A stretch of 64,000 nt of DNA, from NCBI GenBank assembly GCA_001776935.1, contig MFDN01000014.1:1464-65463 (forward strand), given 5' to 3'. This stretch comes from Candidatus Daviesbacteria bacterium RIFCSPLOWO2_01_FULL_39_23 (GTDB lineage: Bacteria; Patescibacteriota; Microgenomatia; Daviesbacterales; UBA10151). Positions 19,001-29,318 of this stretch are shown here, piece after piece; position 1 is the stretch's first letter; every line of letters begins with the position of its first letter. The notes beneath the pieces are model-generated. The model did not search any database and was not told the origin of the DNA. It saw nothing but the letters and a program-made list of their open reading frames with translations. Made by a program: the position numbers and the translations under genes.

Positions 19001-21803
19001 AGTCCAGGCAGTTGAAGCAGCTTTTGCAGGCGAATCAGCAGTTGACGGCGAACAGTCTGCCTTTGCCCGGGTCAGGATCAGAATAGATGTCGGAGAGCCG
19101 GGCACATACACTGTCACCTATCCGTTTGGAACAAAAACATATGATGTATTAACTGTAGGGCCAGGGTTTGAAATTAATGATACTTCTGATATCGGCTGCT
19201 TTGCCCAACCAGGTATAAGCTGTGACCAGGCAGGCCAGCCAAACTTCTCGACCGTATTAAGCGGTGAAATAGGACCATTCCTGACCTGGGACACCTTTGA
19301 CCCAAACCCGGTTCTTTCTGATCCTTTGCTGACACATTCTGTTACTAACAGGAGATATGTAGGCGACGGTATAACACCGCACATTGTTAAAGGCAGCCCG
19401 ACCGGCAACAACTTCTTCAGGATTGAAGGACCAAATATCGGAGGGGCTGGAGTTAACTCAGTCCAGACAAATTTGTTTACAGTAGTCGGCAGACTGGATA
19501 ATGCTGTTAATCCTAATGCGCCTGTTATCACCGTAGTCGGCGCAAACCCTGTCACTGTTTTGCTGAATGATCCTTACACTGCAGTACAAGATGCCGGCGC
19601 CACAGCCACAGATGTGCCTGATGGTGATTTGACTGCTTCTATTATAGAAAGCGGACTTCCGGTTGACACTTCCACTGTTGGAGCTAAAACTGTCACATAT
19701 ACAGTCACAGATGCTAACGGCAATACTGTAAGCGCCACAAGAACAATTAATGTGGTGGCTGCTCTTCCTGCTGATGTGACGCCTCCGGTTATTACTGTGC
19801 TGGGTGCAAATCCGATCACAGTTACAGTCGGATCAACCTATGCTGCGGCAGAAGATGCCGGTGCCACAGCTTTTGATGCTGTAGATGGTGTGGTAGTTGT
19901 AGCAGAATCGGGGTTGCCTGTTGATACCTCAACAGAAGGCGCCAAAACAGTCACATACACTTCCACAGACGCTGCCGGCAATACGGCTACTATCACAAGG
20001 ACTGTTAATGTGACATCTGCGCCTGTTACCACCGGTTCCATAAGGATCATAAAAGATACCGTATTAAATAACGCCCAGGATTTTGAATTCAGGTTAAGGC
20101 TTGGTGCGTTTGACCAAACTTTTTTCCTTGATGATGATTCTGATAATACGCTTCCTAATGTGCGCGAATTTGAAGGCCTGGCTACAGGAGCCTACAACCT
20201 TCAGGAGATCGTAAACAGTAATTGGAACCTAATTTCCATAAGCTGCAATGATCCTGATTCCGGTACAACCTTTGACTTAGGTGCATCCACCGCCACAATT
20301 GACCTTGATGCCGGTGAAAGAGTCACCTGTGAATTTACCAATGCCCCGCGCCAGTCAATTGCCGGTGAAAAGTTTTCTGACCAGAATAATAACGGGGTTA
20401 AAGAGGCAGGAGAACCTGGACTTTCCGGCTGGACAATTTATCTTGATACTAATGATAACGGTGTATTGGACGGCGGAGAGACTTCCGTAGTCACTGATTC
20501 AGAAGGAGATTACCAGTTCCTGAGTGTTAGCAATGGGGTGGTAAATGTGCGTGAGGTTACTCAAAGCAACTGGCAGCCAAAAACTCCATCCGGCGGGAAA
20601 TATGTCTTAACAATGACTTCAAACTCCAGTTTCATCAGTAAGGACTTTGGTAATGCCCAAATACTCACAATACCGGGTGCAAGCGGCAGATTTTTCTCAA
20701 CCGGCGGCCCTGTAAACTCCACCACCTCAGTTGTAGCTGATGATGATAATACAATTTCTGTGGCAGGCAATGGTGGCACTACTACTATTCTTATTCCTGA
20801 AGGTACTGTTATCACCAAATCAGACGGCGGCACTATTGATTTCAGCCAGCTCACATCTGCAGTATTAGCTGCTTCAGCTGTCTCAGGCTTGGGTAGCGGA
20901 GTGGTAGTTGATGGAGTCCTGCAATGGGGTATTCCAAACTTAGGTTTATTATTCAGCCAGCCAATTACCATTAATTTCTTTATCGGCACAGCTTTCAACG
21001 GCCAAACCTTAAATATTCAAAGGTCAATCTCAGGCAGCGGAGGCTGGACTACTGACGGCATTGTTGCTCCTGCTACCTGTACAGTATCAGCCGGAGTCTG
21101 CAGCTTCCAAACCACTAAAGCATCGTTCTTTGCATCTACACATAATGTTCCTGCTGACAATAATACAGGCAGCGGAACTTCTGGCAACAATAACAGCACT
21201 ACCTCAGCCCCTACCTGTAATGATGTCAAACCAGGTTCTGCACCAACTCTTTTGTCAGCTGTTGCAACCGGAGCCAATGAAGTGACCTTAACATGGAGCA
21301 AAGCTGCTGACCCGGTCACCGGATACATGATAGCTTTTGGACTTACCTCAGGAGATCTAAGATTTGGCGATCCAAACCAGGGCAGCAAAAATGATACTCA
21401 AAGAGTTATCAAAAACCTGTCCGGAGGCACCACATACTTCTTCAGAGTCAAAGCTGCAAACGGCTGCAATGCAAGCGACTATTCAAACGAGATAGCTGTA
21501 AAAGCAACCGGGCAGGCATTATCCACTAATATTCCTGCAGGGTTTCAGGAAGGGGTCTTAGGAGCACAAACTGATCAGGGCAGCACCGGTACCGGAGGGG
21601 CAATTGATTATCCGTCTCCTACCCCAAGCGTGGATGATGTATTAGGTACAGATTCGCAGAATGTGGGAGTAGGACAAGATCAAGCTCAAGGTCAAACAGC
21701 CGGAGCAAGATCCAATACCCCCCTGGCTGTGGGAGTAGCCTTAGTTTTGCTCACAATTCTGGGTGTTGGATATACATTATACAGGCGCAATAAACTTCAA
21801 TAA
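16047..21803 (+). CDS. Giant multi-domain surface protein (lamin-tail-like domain, duplicated ~240-aa domain, DUF5011-type Ig repeats, SdrD-B-like, FN3, C-terminal TM)
   Basis: Probable start MFKFFAKK at 16047 (ORF open from 15903), signal peptide, Pro/Glu stalk, VLINEILPNP..EWVEFFN, five APVIT...DAGATA.D..DG...VTYT.TDAAGN repeats, DQNNNGVKEAGEPGLSGWTIYLD, LSGGTTYFFRVKAANGC, TM plus RRNK. Confidence 0.85.
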   Translation: MFKFFAKKSITLISIFSLFINIISPLALAGQIYAQEASPAPVVEEAPAPSANPGESPVPTTNENTPAEASPAPEVSPTPEPSPVVSPEPSPSQVSEPVLEETANESSPAAVVDPTPQEQTSATPVWQNIADKEFTTSENVTLGNEYTAPQNDKVKVQFTKLPDPSGKLTIKEVKLTPEEMTSLGAFSDTAYDITSTMSDSTFEYDLTLPLPQEAQNKEVEVKAAETEEQISQATEVTEQKEKKTQDTITIKGLNHFTVFVITTPSPDTTQRVLINEILPNPTAGAEWVEFFNNGTTSVNLGAGTGWTITNSVGSIQSLSALGTIPAAGRVVFDAPAGWLSNTAPETITISNELGTVVDTVTVSLIAPGFAIDHYPLAGESVGRRTDGVNEWLIFTTPSKGTANVVPVVGGAGRLAEVGPVAPAGGLRAGSPNWYRDNNNLTLELMEAADANGISAPVEAGNPFSAQIGFGAEGFWWSAEADLTTSAGSALLVQAIEAAFAGESAVDGEQSSFARIRIRVDVGEPGTYIVTYPYGQKTYTVTTPGVRAINDTVDIGCFAQPGVSCDQVGQPNFSTLLNGGIGPFLTWDTFNSTGPSDPALNIGGRRYVGTVATPHTVKGSPTGNNFFRIQGPNIGGPGINVIQTNLFTVTGRLAGAGAPVITLHGANPVNVLQNAPYTATEDAGATALDDVDGNLTANIQITGLPVNTATIGAKTVTYTVTDSAGNTATATRTVNVVETSAVDGVAPVITIAGNNPATVVAGTAYIDAGATALDNVDGAVAVSTTGLPVNTSVVGSATVTYTATDAAGNTASLDRIVNIVADNVAPTITITGSNPVFVFIGGTYTDAGATCTDNVDGDCTALIITSGAVIDTSAAGSHTVNYAYTDAAGNNTSVNRTVNVAATLPAGLVEVGPVAPAGGLGAGFPEWYKDSNALILDLMEAADPHSISAPVEAGNAFSETLGFGAEGFWWATDADMATSGPNGAILVQAVEAAFAGESAVDGEQSAFARVRIRIDVGEPGTYTVTYPFGTKTYDVLTVGPGFEINDTSDIGCFAQPGISCDQAGQPNFSTVLSGEIGPFLTWDTFDPNPVLSDPLLTHSVTNRRYVGDGITPHIVKGSPTGNNFFRIEGPNIGGAGVNSVQTNLFTVVGRLDNAVNPNAPVITVVGANPVTVLLNDPYTAVQDAGATATDVPDGDLTASIIESGLPVDTSTVGAKTVTYTVTDANGNTVSATRTINVVAALPADVTPPVITVLGANPITVTVGSTYAAAEDAGATAFDAVDGVVVVAESGLPVDTSTEGAKTVTYTSTDAAGNTATITRTVNVTSAPVTTGSIRIIKDTVLNNAQDFEFRLRLGAFDQTFFLDDDSDNTLPNVREFEGLATGAYNLQEIVNSNWNLISISCNDPDSGTTFDLGASTATIDLDAGERVTCEFTNAPRQSIAGEKFSDQNNNGVKEAGEPGLSGWTIYLDTNDNGVLDGGETSVVTDSEGDYQFLSVSNGVVNVREVTQSNWQPKTPSGGKYVLTMTSNSSFISKDFGNAQILTIPGASGRFFSTGGPVNSTTSVVADDDNTISVAGNGGTTTILIPEGTVITKSDGGTIDFSQLTSAVLAASAVSGLGSGVVVDGVLQWGIPNLGLLFSQPITINFFIGTAFNGQTLNIQRSISGSGGWTTDGIVAPATCTVSAGVCSFQTTKASFFASTHNVPADNNTGSGTSGNNNSTTSAPTCNDVKPGSAPTLLSAVATGANEVTLTWSKAADPVTGYMIAFGLTSGDLRFGDPNQGSKNDTQRVIKNLSGGTTYFFRVKAANGCNASDYSNEIAVKATGQALSTNIPAGFQEGVLGAQTDQGSTGTGGAIDYPSPTPSVDDVLGTDSQNVGVGQDQAQGQTAGARSNTPLAVGVALVLLTILGVGYTLYRRNKLQ

Positions 21804-21812
21804 TCCTTTCAA

Positions 21813-21836
21813 TTCGGGTCTTTTTCGTGTTAGAAT
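21813..21836 (+). promoter_or_regulatory. uvrB promoter with candidate LexA operator
   Basis: TTCG-GGTCTTT-TTCG immediately followed by extended -10 TGTTAGAAT. Confidence 0.65.
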
Positions 21837-21843
21837 ATATTTT

Positions 21844-21894
21844 TCAGTCATCAGTCATCAGACAGGAAAATCTGAAGACTGAAAGCTGACGACT
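21844..21894. repeat. Heptamer inverted-repeat mini-element in the uvrB leader
   Basis: (TCAGTCA)n ... (CTGAAGA/CTGAAAG/CTGACGA); related copy at 60792-60846. Confidence 0.75.
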
Positions 21895-21897
21895 ATT

Positions 21898-23859
21898 ATG
21901 AATTTTAAGCTTATTTCAGATTTTAAGCCGACCGGAGATCAGCCGCAAGCCATACAAAAGTTGGTGACAGGGATTGAAAACGGCAAAAAATACCAAGTGC
22001 TTTTAGGTGTCACAGGTTCAGGCAAAACATTCACTATGGCAAATGCCATAGCGCGTGTGCAACGGCCCACCCTGATTATTTCCCACAATAAAACTCTGGC
22101 AGGGCAGTTGGCACAGGAATTCCGCTCTCTTTTTCCAAGCAACGCAGTGGAATATTTTGTTTCCTATTATGATTATTATCAGCCTGAGGCATACGTTCCC
22201 CAATCAGACACTTATATAGAAAAAGAAACGGAAATTAATGAGGAAATTGAGAAACTAAGGCTTTCCACCACAGCTTCTTTGATGACCCGCGAAGACGTTT
22301 TGGTAGTAGCTTCAGTTTCAGCTATCTATAACCTGGGTTCACCTGTTGAATACGGTCAGGCAGTTTTAGAACTTAAAGCAGGCATGAAAACAACTTTTGA
22401 CGCGGTCTTAAAATTTTTAACTAAAATTTATTATCAAAGAAATGACATTGATTTTAAGCGCTCCACTTTTAGGGTGCGGGGAGACACAGTAGACATTTTC
22501 CCTTCCCATTGGGAAAAGGCTTTAAGGGTGGAATTTTTAGGCGAAAGTGTTGAAAAGGTTTCCTTTTTAGATCCTTTAACCGGTGATGTAACTCCGACTA
22601 ACGAAACGCAGATTGTTTATCCGGCAAAGCATTATGTAACCCCCGAACAAAGGTTAAAGCCTGCTTTAGTTCAGATAGAGGGAGATTTAGAATCAAGAAT
22701 TAAGCAGTTAGAATCAAGCGGTAAATTACTGGAAGCGCAAAGACTTGCACAAAGGACAAATTATGATTTGGAGATGATCCGGGAATTCGGTTACTGCAAC
22801 GGAATAGAAAATTATTCCCGCTATTTTGACGGACGCAATCCCGGAGACCCGCCTTTTACCCTGCTTGATTACTTTCCTAAAGATTATCTTATTATTTTGG
22901 ATGAATCCCATATCACGCTTCCGCAAATACGCGGAATGTATAACGGCGACCGCTCCAGAAAAGAAACTTTGGTGGATTTTGGGTTCAGACTGCCTTCTGC
23001 TTTGGATAACCGGCCTTTAAAATATGATGAATTCATGCGCAAAATAAACCAGGTTATTTTCACCTCAGCCACCCCGGATGAGTATGAGTTGTCTTTATCC
23101 GGAGCAGACAGTGTTGCAGAACAGCTTATACGGCCTACCGGAATTCTGGATCCGCAAATTAGTGTCCGCCCGATTAAAGGACAAATTGAGGATTTAATAA
23201 AAGAAATTGAAAAAAGAACACAAAAAGGCGAAAGGACACTCGTAACTACTTTAACCAAAAGAATGGCTGAGGACTTATCAGATTTTTTGAAAGAGAGGGG
23301 AATTAAGGTAAATTATTTGCATTCTGAAGTTTTAACTTTAGAAAGAAGCGATATTTTGCAGGCTTTAAGACTTGGAGAATATGACGTGATTGTCGGGATC
23401 AATCTGCTCAGGGAGGGGCTGGATCTGCCGGAAGTGTCTTTGGTTGCTATTTTGGATGCAGATAAAGAAGGCTTTTTGCGTTCCCGGACTTCTTTGATAC
23501 AAACCATGGGAAGGGCTGCAAGGCATATAAACGGCACTGTGATTATGTATGCAGACAATATGACCGGTTCAATGAAATCAGCCATCGGCGAAGTGCAAAG
23601 GAGAAGAAAAGTTCAGGCAGAATACAATAAAAAACACGGCATCACCCCAAGAAGCATTACTAAACCCATGCGGGAAAGACTGATTGAAAAGATAGAGGAA
23701 GAAACCGGAGAGCAGGTTTTAACAGTTGAAGATATACCTGTAAACGAGAGGGAAAGAATTATTAAAAATTTGGAAGAACAAATGAAACTGGCAGCAGAAG
23801 GCTTAGACTTTGAACTGGCAGCCAAATTAAGAGATCAGATAAAAGAGTTAAATATTTAA
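21898..23859 (+). CDS. uvrB: Excinuclease ABC subunit B
   Basis: [46 protein letters not shown]-terminal UVR domain. Confidence 0.98.
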   Translation: MNFKLISDFKPTGDQPQAIQKLVTGIENGKKYQVLLGVTGSGKTFTMANAIARVQRPTLIISHNKTLAGQLAQEFRSLFPSNAVEYFVSYYDYYQPEAYVPQSDTYIEKETEINEEIEKLRLSTTASLMTREDVLVVASVSAIYNLGSPVEYGQAVLELKAGMKTTFDAVLKFLTKIYYQRNDIDFKRSTFRVRGDTVDIFPSHWEKALRVEFLGESVEKVSFLDPLTGDVTPTNETQIVYPAKHYVTPEQRLKPALVQIEGDLESRIKQLESSGKLLEAQRLAQRTNYDLEMIREFGYCNGIENYSRYFDGRNPGDPPFTLLDYFPKDYLIILDESHITLPQIRGMYNGDRSRKETLVDFGFRLPSALDNRPLKYDEFMRKINQVIFTSATPDEYELSLSGADSVAEQLIRPTGILDPQISVRPIKGQIEDLIKEIEKRTQKGERTLVTTLTKRMAEDLSDFLKERGIKVNYLHSEVLTLERSDILQALRLGEYDVIVGINLLREGLDLPEVSLVAILDADKEGFLRSRTSLIQTMGRAARHINGTVIMYADNMTGSMKSAIGEVQRRRKVQAEYNKKHGITPRSITKPMRERLIEKIEEETGEQVLTVEDIPVNERERIIKNLEEQMKLAAEGLDFELAAKLRDQIKELNI

Positions 23860-24047
23860 GGAGTTCTATCAAATTCGTGATTTATTCTTAAATCTCTTAG
23901 ATACTTTAATAAATCCTGAGGGGTTCTGTAAGAGGCTATCACTGCCAGATATGCTTCAGGATATCTATCAATAGGGTTACGCAGAGGTATCTTTAGTGAA
24001 CCTTCCGGGTCAATGCGTCCACGTCCTTCTGTTATTTTCTCAACCAT
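23856..24047 (-). CDS. Small hypothetical orphan protein
   Basis: 63-aa ORF with TATTAT 6 nt upstream of the ATG; convergent with uvrB. Confidence 0.45.
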   Translation of the reverse strand: MVEKITEGRGRIDPEGSLKIPLRNPIDRYPEAYLAVIASYRTPQDLLKYLRDLRINHEFDRTP

Positions 24048-24072
24048 AACTTGATAATAACATATTAATGCA

Positions 24073-24138
24073 AGTATACCTCTTTAAAAAGATTGCAAAA
24101 TAGGTTAAAATGGAACCTCATTTTTCGGGATAAATTCG
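24073..24138 (+). repeat. Duplicate of the uvrA promoter/operator region (left copy)
   Basis: TTGCAAAATAGGTTAAAATGGAACCTCATTTTTCGGGA differs at one position from 29232-29269; includes TTCG-GGATAAA-TTCG. Confidence 0.85.
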
Positions 24139-24145
24139 CTTTCCT

Positions 24146-24275
24146 GTCATTCTGGGGCGAAGCCGGAGAATATAATTTCCACAATTTCCACCTGGGAGGT
24201 GGCCCAGGTGTTGGAGTGTTAGACTGTTGTCGACTGTTATAGGATATTCTGCAACTAAAATCCACCTCCCGGGTG
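24146..24275. repeat. Cluster of REP-like palindromes
   Basis: GTCATTCTGGGGCGAAGCC (same family as 29271-29313), CCACCTGGGAGGTGG and CACCTCCCGGGTG (same family as the RAYT-flanking REPs). Confidence 0.55.
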
Positions 24276-24301
24276 TTAAAGTGTTAAATGAACTGCTTTA
24301 G

Positions 24302-27300
24302 TTAAATAGATATTATGATTCCCCCAATTACTCTTTTGCCGGCTGATCTGCCTCCGCCGCCGAATTCAATATAGTGGTCACCTAAAGCAGATTCCAAAAT
24401 ATCCGTTTCTACAGTTTCCGGACTTGCCTGTAACTTTTTTACTTTTAACCTTTCAATAAACATTTCCCGGGAAATTCCGCCGGTGGAAAGCGCAGCTGAA
24501 GTAACTAATACTGAAATTTTTGCATCAGGAAATCTTCTTTTCAAAGCTTTTTGTTTTTTTAGGATAGTTTCAACTTAGTTTTCCAAAATAGTGGGAGTAT
24601 TGGTACCGTAAACCCTGTCAAGCACAAATGCTGCTTCTGAAGAGCCATCAGATCTTTTAATCGGCTCAAAAAAAGCAATCTGGTCAGCAATGCTGCCTGT
24701 TGCTTTGTTTTCAGACTGGCTGTAAATATAGAATTTATTAATATCTCCAAAAGTCAAATCAGTATCGTTATTGGCACCTGAAGAAGCTATACAGGAAAGG
24801 CATTCGCGGATATTTTCCATCATCACATTAAAACTTTGGGTAGCCGTACTGGTGATTGTTTGCTGAGTGCTTTGAGCATAAATTATACTGCCTATTTCTT
24901 TTAATCTATTTTGGAGCTCAGGATTTCCAATATCGCTGCTTTGCCTTAAGCTGTTAAATTTATTCTTAACAGTTTCATAAATTTCTTCCAGCTTTACTAT
25001 TTGTTCCCTGATTTTACCGGTATATTGTAAAAGTGTTTCTTTTTCCTCAGCTGTTAATTCATCCTCATTTTTGACGATCAGGTTATCCAGGTAGTTTAGA
25101 TCCTGGCTGAGCGCAATAGCCCCGGAGGTTGGTTGAAAATCTTCCCCTAATCTTTGGAAAATTTTAATTACTGCCTCCGAAGGCTTTAGGAATTCTCTCA
25201 GCAGGGAAATTTTAGGTTCTGCTTCTGATTGTTTTATGAGGCCGACAAAATTAACTACTGCTGCCAAAGGCTTTATTTCATCCTGGAAATATTTTTTTAG
25301 GGACTCCGGATTCAGGGCTAAGTTATTTTGTTGTGCTGTATCAATTACAATTTGCCGTATTTTTTCCTCTTCTTCGCTAAATGCAATGGTTCTTCCGGGG
25401 TTGGCCAGCTGCTGGTACATTTTAGCCATTGTTGCTCCCACTGCTTTATTGCCAAAGTCCAAAAGTAGCTTCATGCGTTGTTTGTCTAAAGGTTCGGGGT
25501 AAAGGTCTAAATCTTCCAGGGTTTTTAAGTTTAAAATTATATTGGTAAGTTTAATGTCAATTGTCTCAATGTTACCGACTACTATGCTTGAACTTTCTTC
25601 CTGCAGCAGGCTAAAAAATTCCGGCAGATCTTCTGCTGGTAGCCCAAGGCTTTGCGCAAGCTGAGTATTCATTTCCGTTCTCTTTTTTAAGAGTTCTTTA
25701 ACTATCTGAGCTTTTTCCAGAGCTAAAAACTCATCCGGGTTAATATTTTTTCCTCTTCTGAAATTTTCCCATGAATCATTGAGCATCAAAGATAAATAGA
25801 ATCCCAGGATAGTTTCATTTTGCGCTGAACGATGGCTTAGATTGGCAAGATATTTAGAAATATTGGTAAATGACCTGATATGGTCCAGTGTAAATTGATC
25901 AGGAATCTTAATGATGCCAAAGCGGTCCTTAAACAACATGGCAATTCCTTCCAGCAGTCTTTTTTTATGGGCTTCAAACGGATTTTCGGTTGAGCCTAAA
26001 GCAGTGCCAAAACTTCTGATTTCGTGCCTTAACTGCAGCAGCTGTTTAGGATCAAAGTACTTAGTGCCGGATTTAACCTGTTCCAAAAGAGCCAGTTTTG
26101 CCCGGTATAAAGGGTAGATATCTTTGGCAAATTGTTTCATTTGAGCTGGTTTTAACTTTGTAAAACTGCCAGATAATCTGAAAAAAGACTGGGCGCAGCA
26201 ATCAAAATATCACGGGAAATATTGTAAAAATCCGTTCTATCTTCATTAGACCATTTTTCTTTTGCAAATTTCTCTTCCATAATATAAATTCCATGGAATA
26301 CTTCAGATTTAGTTCTTTGCGCCGTGGTATCGCGGGCAAAACTATCATGCAGGCTAAGAATAAAATTGCTGAGAGATTCAAGCTGGCTAAGGGGTCCTGC
26401 ATCGCCATAAAGTGAAATTATTCCCGGTACTGCTAATAAGGAGAAAGGCATAATTTCTACACCTCCGCTTTTAAGATACTTTTCCCAGATGCTTCGGAAT
26501 TGATTAAGACAAAAATCCCTAGTTTTTGGTTCTCCAAACAGGGCAATGAGTTTTTCTTTTTGTGCAGTATTACTAAGGAGATGGTGATAGGGGTTATTCA
26601 TAATTTCAATGTAAGCCATTAACAAAGGCATCCAATTTTGCCCATTTATTGTGACTGTTTCCTGATCAAGCATTTGTTTGAGAGATTCTTGTTGTTTGAA
26701 TAAAGTAGCCTGGCAAAAATTCTTAAGCATTCTCTTGTCAATTTTTCCCAAACGCCCCAAGCTTTTTCCAAGTTCCGCGTCTTGCGTTAGATTAAGATTG
26801 AAAAACCCTTTTTCTTCGGCTTCTGTAAAGATTTCTAATCCTTCATCTGTCTCAAGGAATATTTCCGGGTAGCTTTCTGCCAAAGAAAAATTAGGATTTT
26901 TAAAGACCGGTCCGGCTTTGGAAGATAGCTCCAAGGCTCTTGCTTTAGTAAGTTTACCTCTGTCCACGAGATTTAGCATTTTAAAAATGATTGTTTTGTC
27001 AAAATCACGGTAACTTACAACCATGTCCTGAAAAAAATGTGAGGTTTGTTCGCCTTGAAATTGATATAATAATTGATGAAGGAGTGACAAGTCAGTGGTT
27101 AAGGCCGGGCAAATTTGCCAGGCTGTCAAAAGAGGCTCGAGCAAATTCGCATCAAAGCTTGATTCTCCTATTCTTGAAATCAACTTACCGTCTGTTAAAT
27201 AGATAATTACTCCCTTATTATGCTGATTTTGGATGATTTTTTGCGCTAATTTGTAAAATCTGTTTTGGATAATGTTTTTAGCCTCAGCTGCTTCTTTTTC

Positions 27301-29199
27301 CAGTCTACATTGTTCAAGCGACGGCCCCCATTCATCTATCATGTGCCCTGCATCAGACCATCCGACCGTATGCGCCGGTCTTTCCAGCTGGCCGGAAACA
27401 GACTTGAAGCACAGGAGTAATTTTTCTCTTAAGCTATTCAAAAAATACGCTCCGCTAATTTTTGCTGCCTGCTCAAAGACTTTTGATTCAGCCTCTGTGA
27501 TAACACCATTTTCTTCTAGTAAACCAAGGAGAGGAGTGATGGTTAGGCTGTCTGTTGCCATCTCCTTTAATGCCGGGTCTACCCCGGGTTCGTTTATGAT
27601 TGAAAGTGCAAGATTTGTTGCAGCTTCCCTGAATTTGGAGCGGATACCCCACTGCTGCAGGCCTTCCGGAATTTTTCTGGTTAATACCTCCCTGGCTGAT
27701 TTTAAGCTTGGATACACAGTTTCAGCTTGATCTAAAATAGAAGACCAGTCAGGCTTTTTGTTAAGTAAATTTAAAGCTCCAATTGCAGCATCAACTCCGT
27801 GGCTGGTATTTGCGGCTGCTGCTATCAATACTAAATTTCTGATAGTAGAAGGATGCGGGTATTCAGCAATAAAGTACACAACATGGCCTTGGTCGTCTTT
27901 AAGAGAATCCTTAAGTGCAAGTGAATAAAACAAGTTATCCTGCTCGCTGACAGCATCGCCCAGGACTTGAGCAGCAGCTTCTGATGTTTTGGCTGCCTGC
28001 CAGAAAGCCATTTTTGAACTAGAAGGGTACCTTATTTCACTATAAATTTCTTCCCAAAATTTTATATGACCTATAAAACCAGAGTTGCTACCATAGGTGC
28101 GATTATGCCGCAGATTGCTAATCTTGATATATTTTAATAAACCTTGGTGGAAATTACCAGAGCCCTCTGTTAGGTGGGTCTCTATTGCACTGCTTAGTAA
28201 ATAAATGTCACGCACAGCCATGTTATTGAGTAACTCGGCTACCAATGTTTTATTCATATCTTCCAAAAGCGGCTGGCAGCTTATTTTGAAGTCAGCAATT
28301 GTAAAACTTCCAGCATCATCAATATCTGCTTCAAGCAATTTTTTTAATCTGTCAACAGGAGTTTGACCAGCCTTATTTTGTTTTGTTGGACTAGTTATAT
28401 AATCCCGAAGAACTGTGTAGTATTTTCTTTGATCAGCCCAAATAAATGGATGCTCTTTGGGAATTTTTCTAAGCTTTGGTAAGATTACTTTTAAGATGTA
28501 AGTTTTAGCAAAGTCTGCTGGCAGGGTGCCGTCTGTAATAATTTCATCCGCCATTTCTTTGTACCCTTCTGAGATAGCTGAAAATTCCTGCTTAATTTCC
28601 TCTAAGATTGTTGCTTCCCGTTTTTGAGTCAGTTCATTTTGATTACCCTCGATTCCATTTATTGCTTTTTGTTTTTGTTCAAGCTGGCTTGCTGCTTCCG
28701 CAGCCTGGGCATCAAGTGAATCTTTTTGTGCTGAAAGTTCTTTTCTTTTTCTGCGGGTAAAAAATCTTCTGAGTCCGCGGATTTGGTCAACCTCCTGATG
28801 TTGTGCTGCAACTTCTTGGGCATTTTCTGTTAAGCGTTGGTATTCCCGCTCAATTGCAGATTTTTCCTGAGCTGTTTGAGCTTTTAACTGAAGAATACAT
28901 TGCAAAGCAATACTGCTTCTTGCCAGGTATTCGGCTGCAGAGCCCGGGGGTATTTTTTGCAAATCTTCCAATAAGTCTTGCAGATTTTGAGGAGAGGTTT
29001 TAATTTCGCTATCAGGCTCCGGAGGCGTTACAGTCAGGTTATTTATTAAGGCAGGAGCATTTTCAACATACTGGCTGGTTCGGGCCCTTAAGGAGTTTAG
29101 TTTGGTAGCTAAAATAGCTGTTGGAGAGGCAGGAGTGGTTTGTAATTCAGGGCTTTTGGTTGGATCTTTAGGCGGTTCAGGCTCAACAGTTGTAGGCAT
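24302..29199 (-). pseudogene. Disrupted giant orphan gene (~1630 codons) split into 1015-, 521- and 80-aa ORFs
   Basis: One extra T in the T-run near 26162-26165 joins DYLAV to FTKLKPAQMKQFAKD; the TAA at 24575-24577 is in frame and reads on as VETILKKQKALKRRFPD. Confidence 0.75.
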
Positions 29200-29209
29200 G
29201 ATTAGTATC

Positions 29210-29277
29210 AGTATATACCCCTTTAAAAGTTTTGCAAAATAGGGTAAAATGGAACCTCATTTTTCGGGAATCCTTCG
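29210..29277 (+). promoter_or_regulatory. uvrA promoter with candidate LexA operator (right copy of the duplicated region)
   Basis: -10-like TAAAAT at 29245-29250; TTCG-GGAATCC-TTCG at 29263-29277. Confidence 0.65.
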
Positions 29278-29313
29278 ACTCCCCTTCGGCTTCGCTCAGG
29301 GTCGCTCAGGATA
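29271..29313. repeat. REP-like element in the uvrA 5' leader
   Basis: TCCTTCGACTCCCCTTCGGCTTCGCTCAGGGTCGCTCAGGATA; internal CGCTCAGG duplication, GC-rich relative to its surroundings. Confidence 0.65.
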
Positions 29314-29318
29314 AAAGT

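Noticed and set aside
21790-21803. Giant surface protein as an LPxTG sortase substrate
   Set aside because: It has a TM and basic tail, but no PxTG motif immediately before the hydrophobic segment (ARSNTPLAVG)
29232-29318. 29-aa N-terminal extension of UvrA in the ORF track
   Set aside because: Region contains the promoter, operator and REP element; UvrA homology begins at the ATG at 29319
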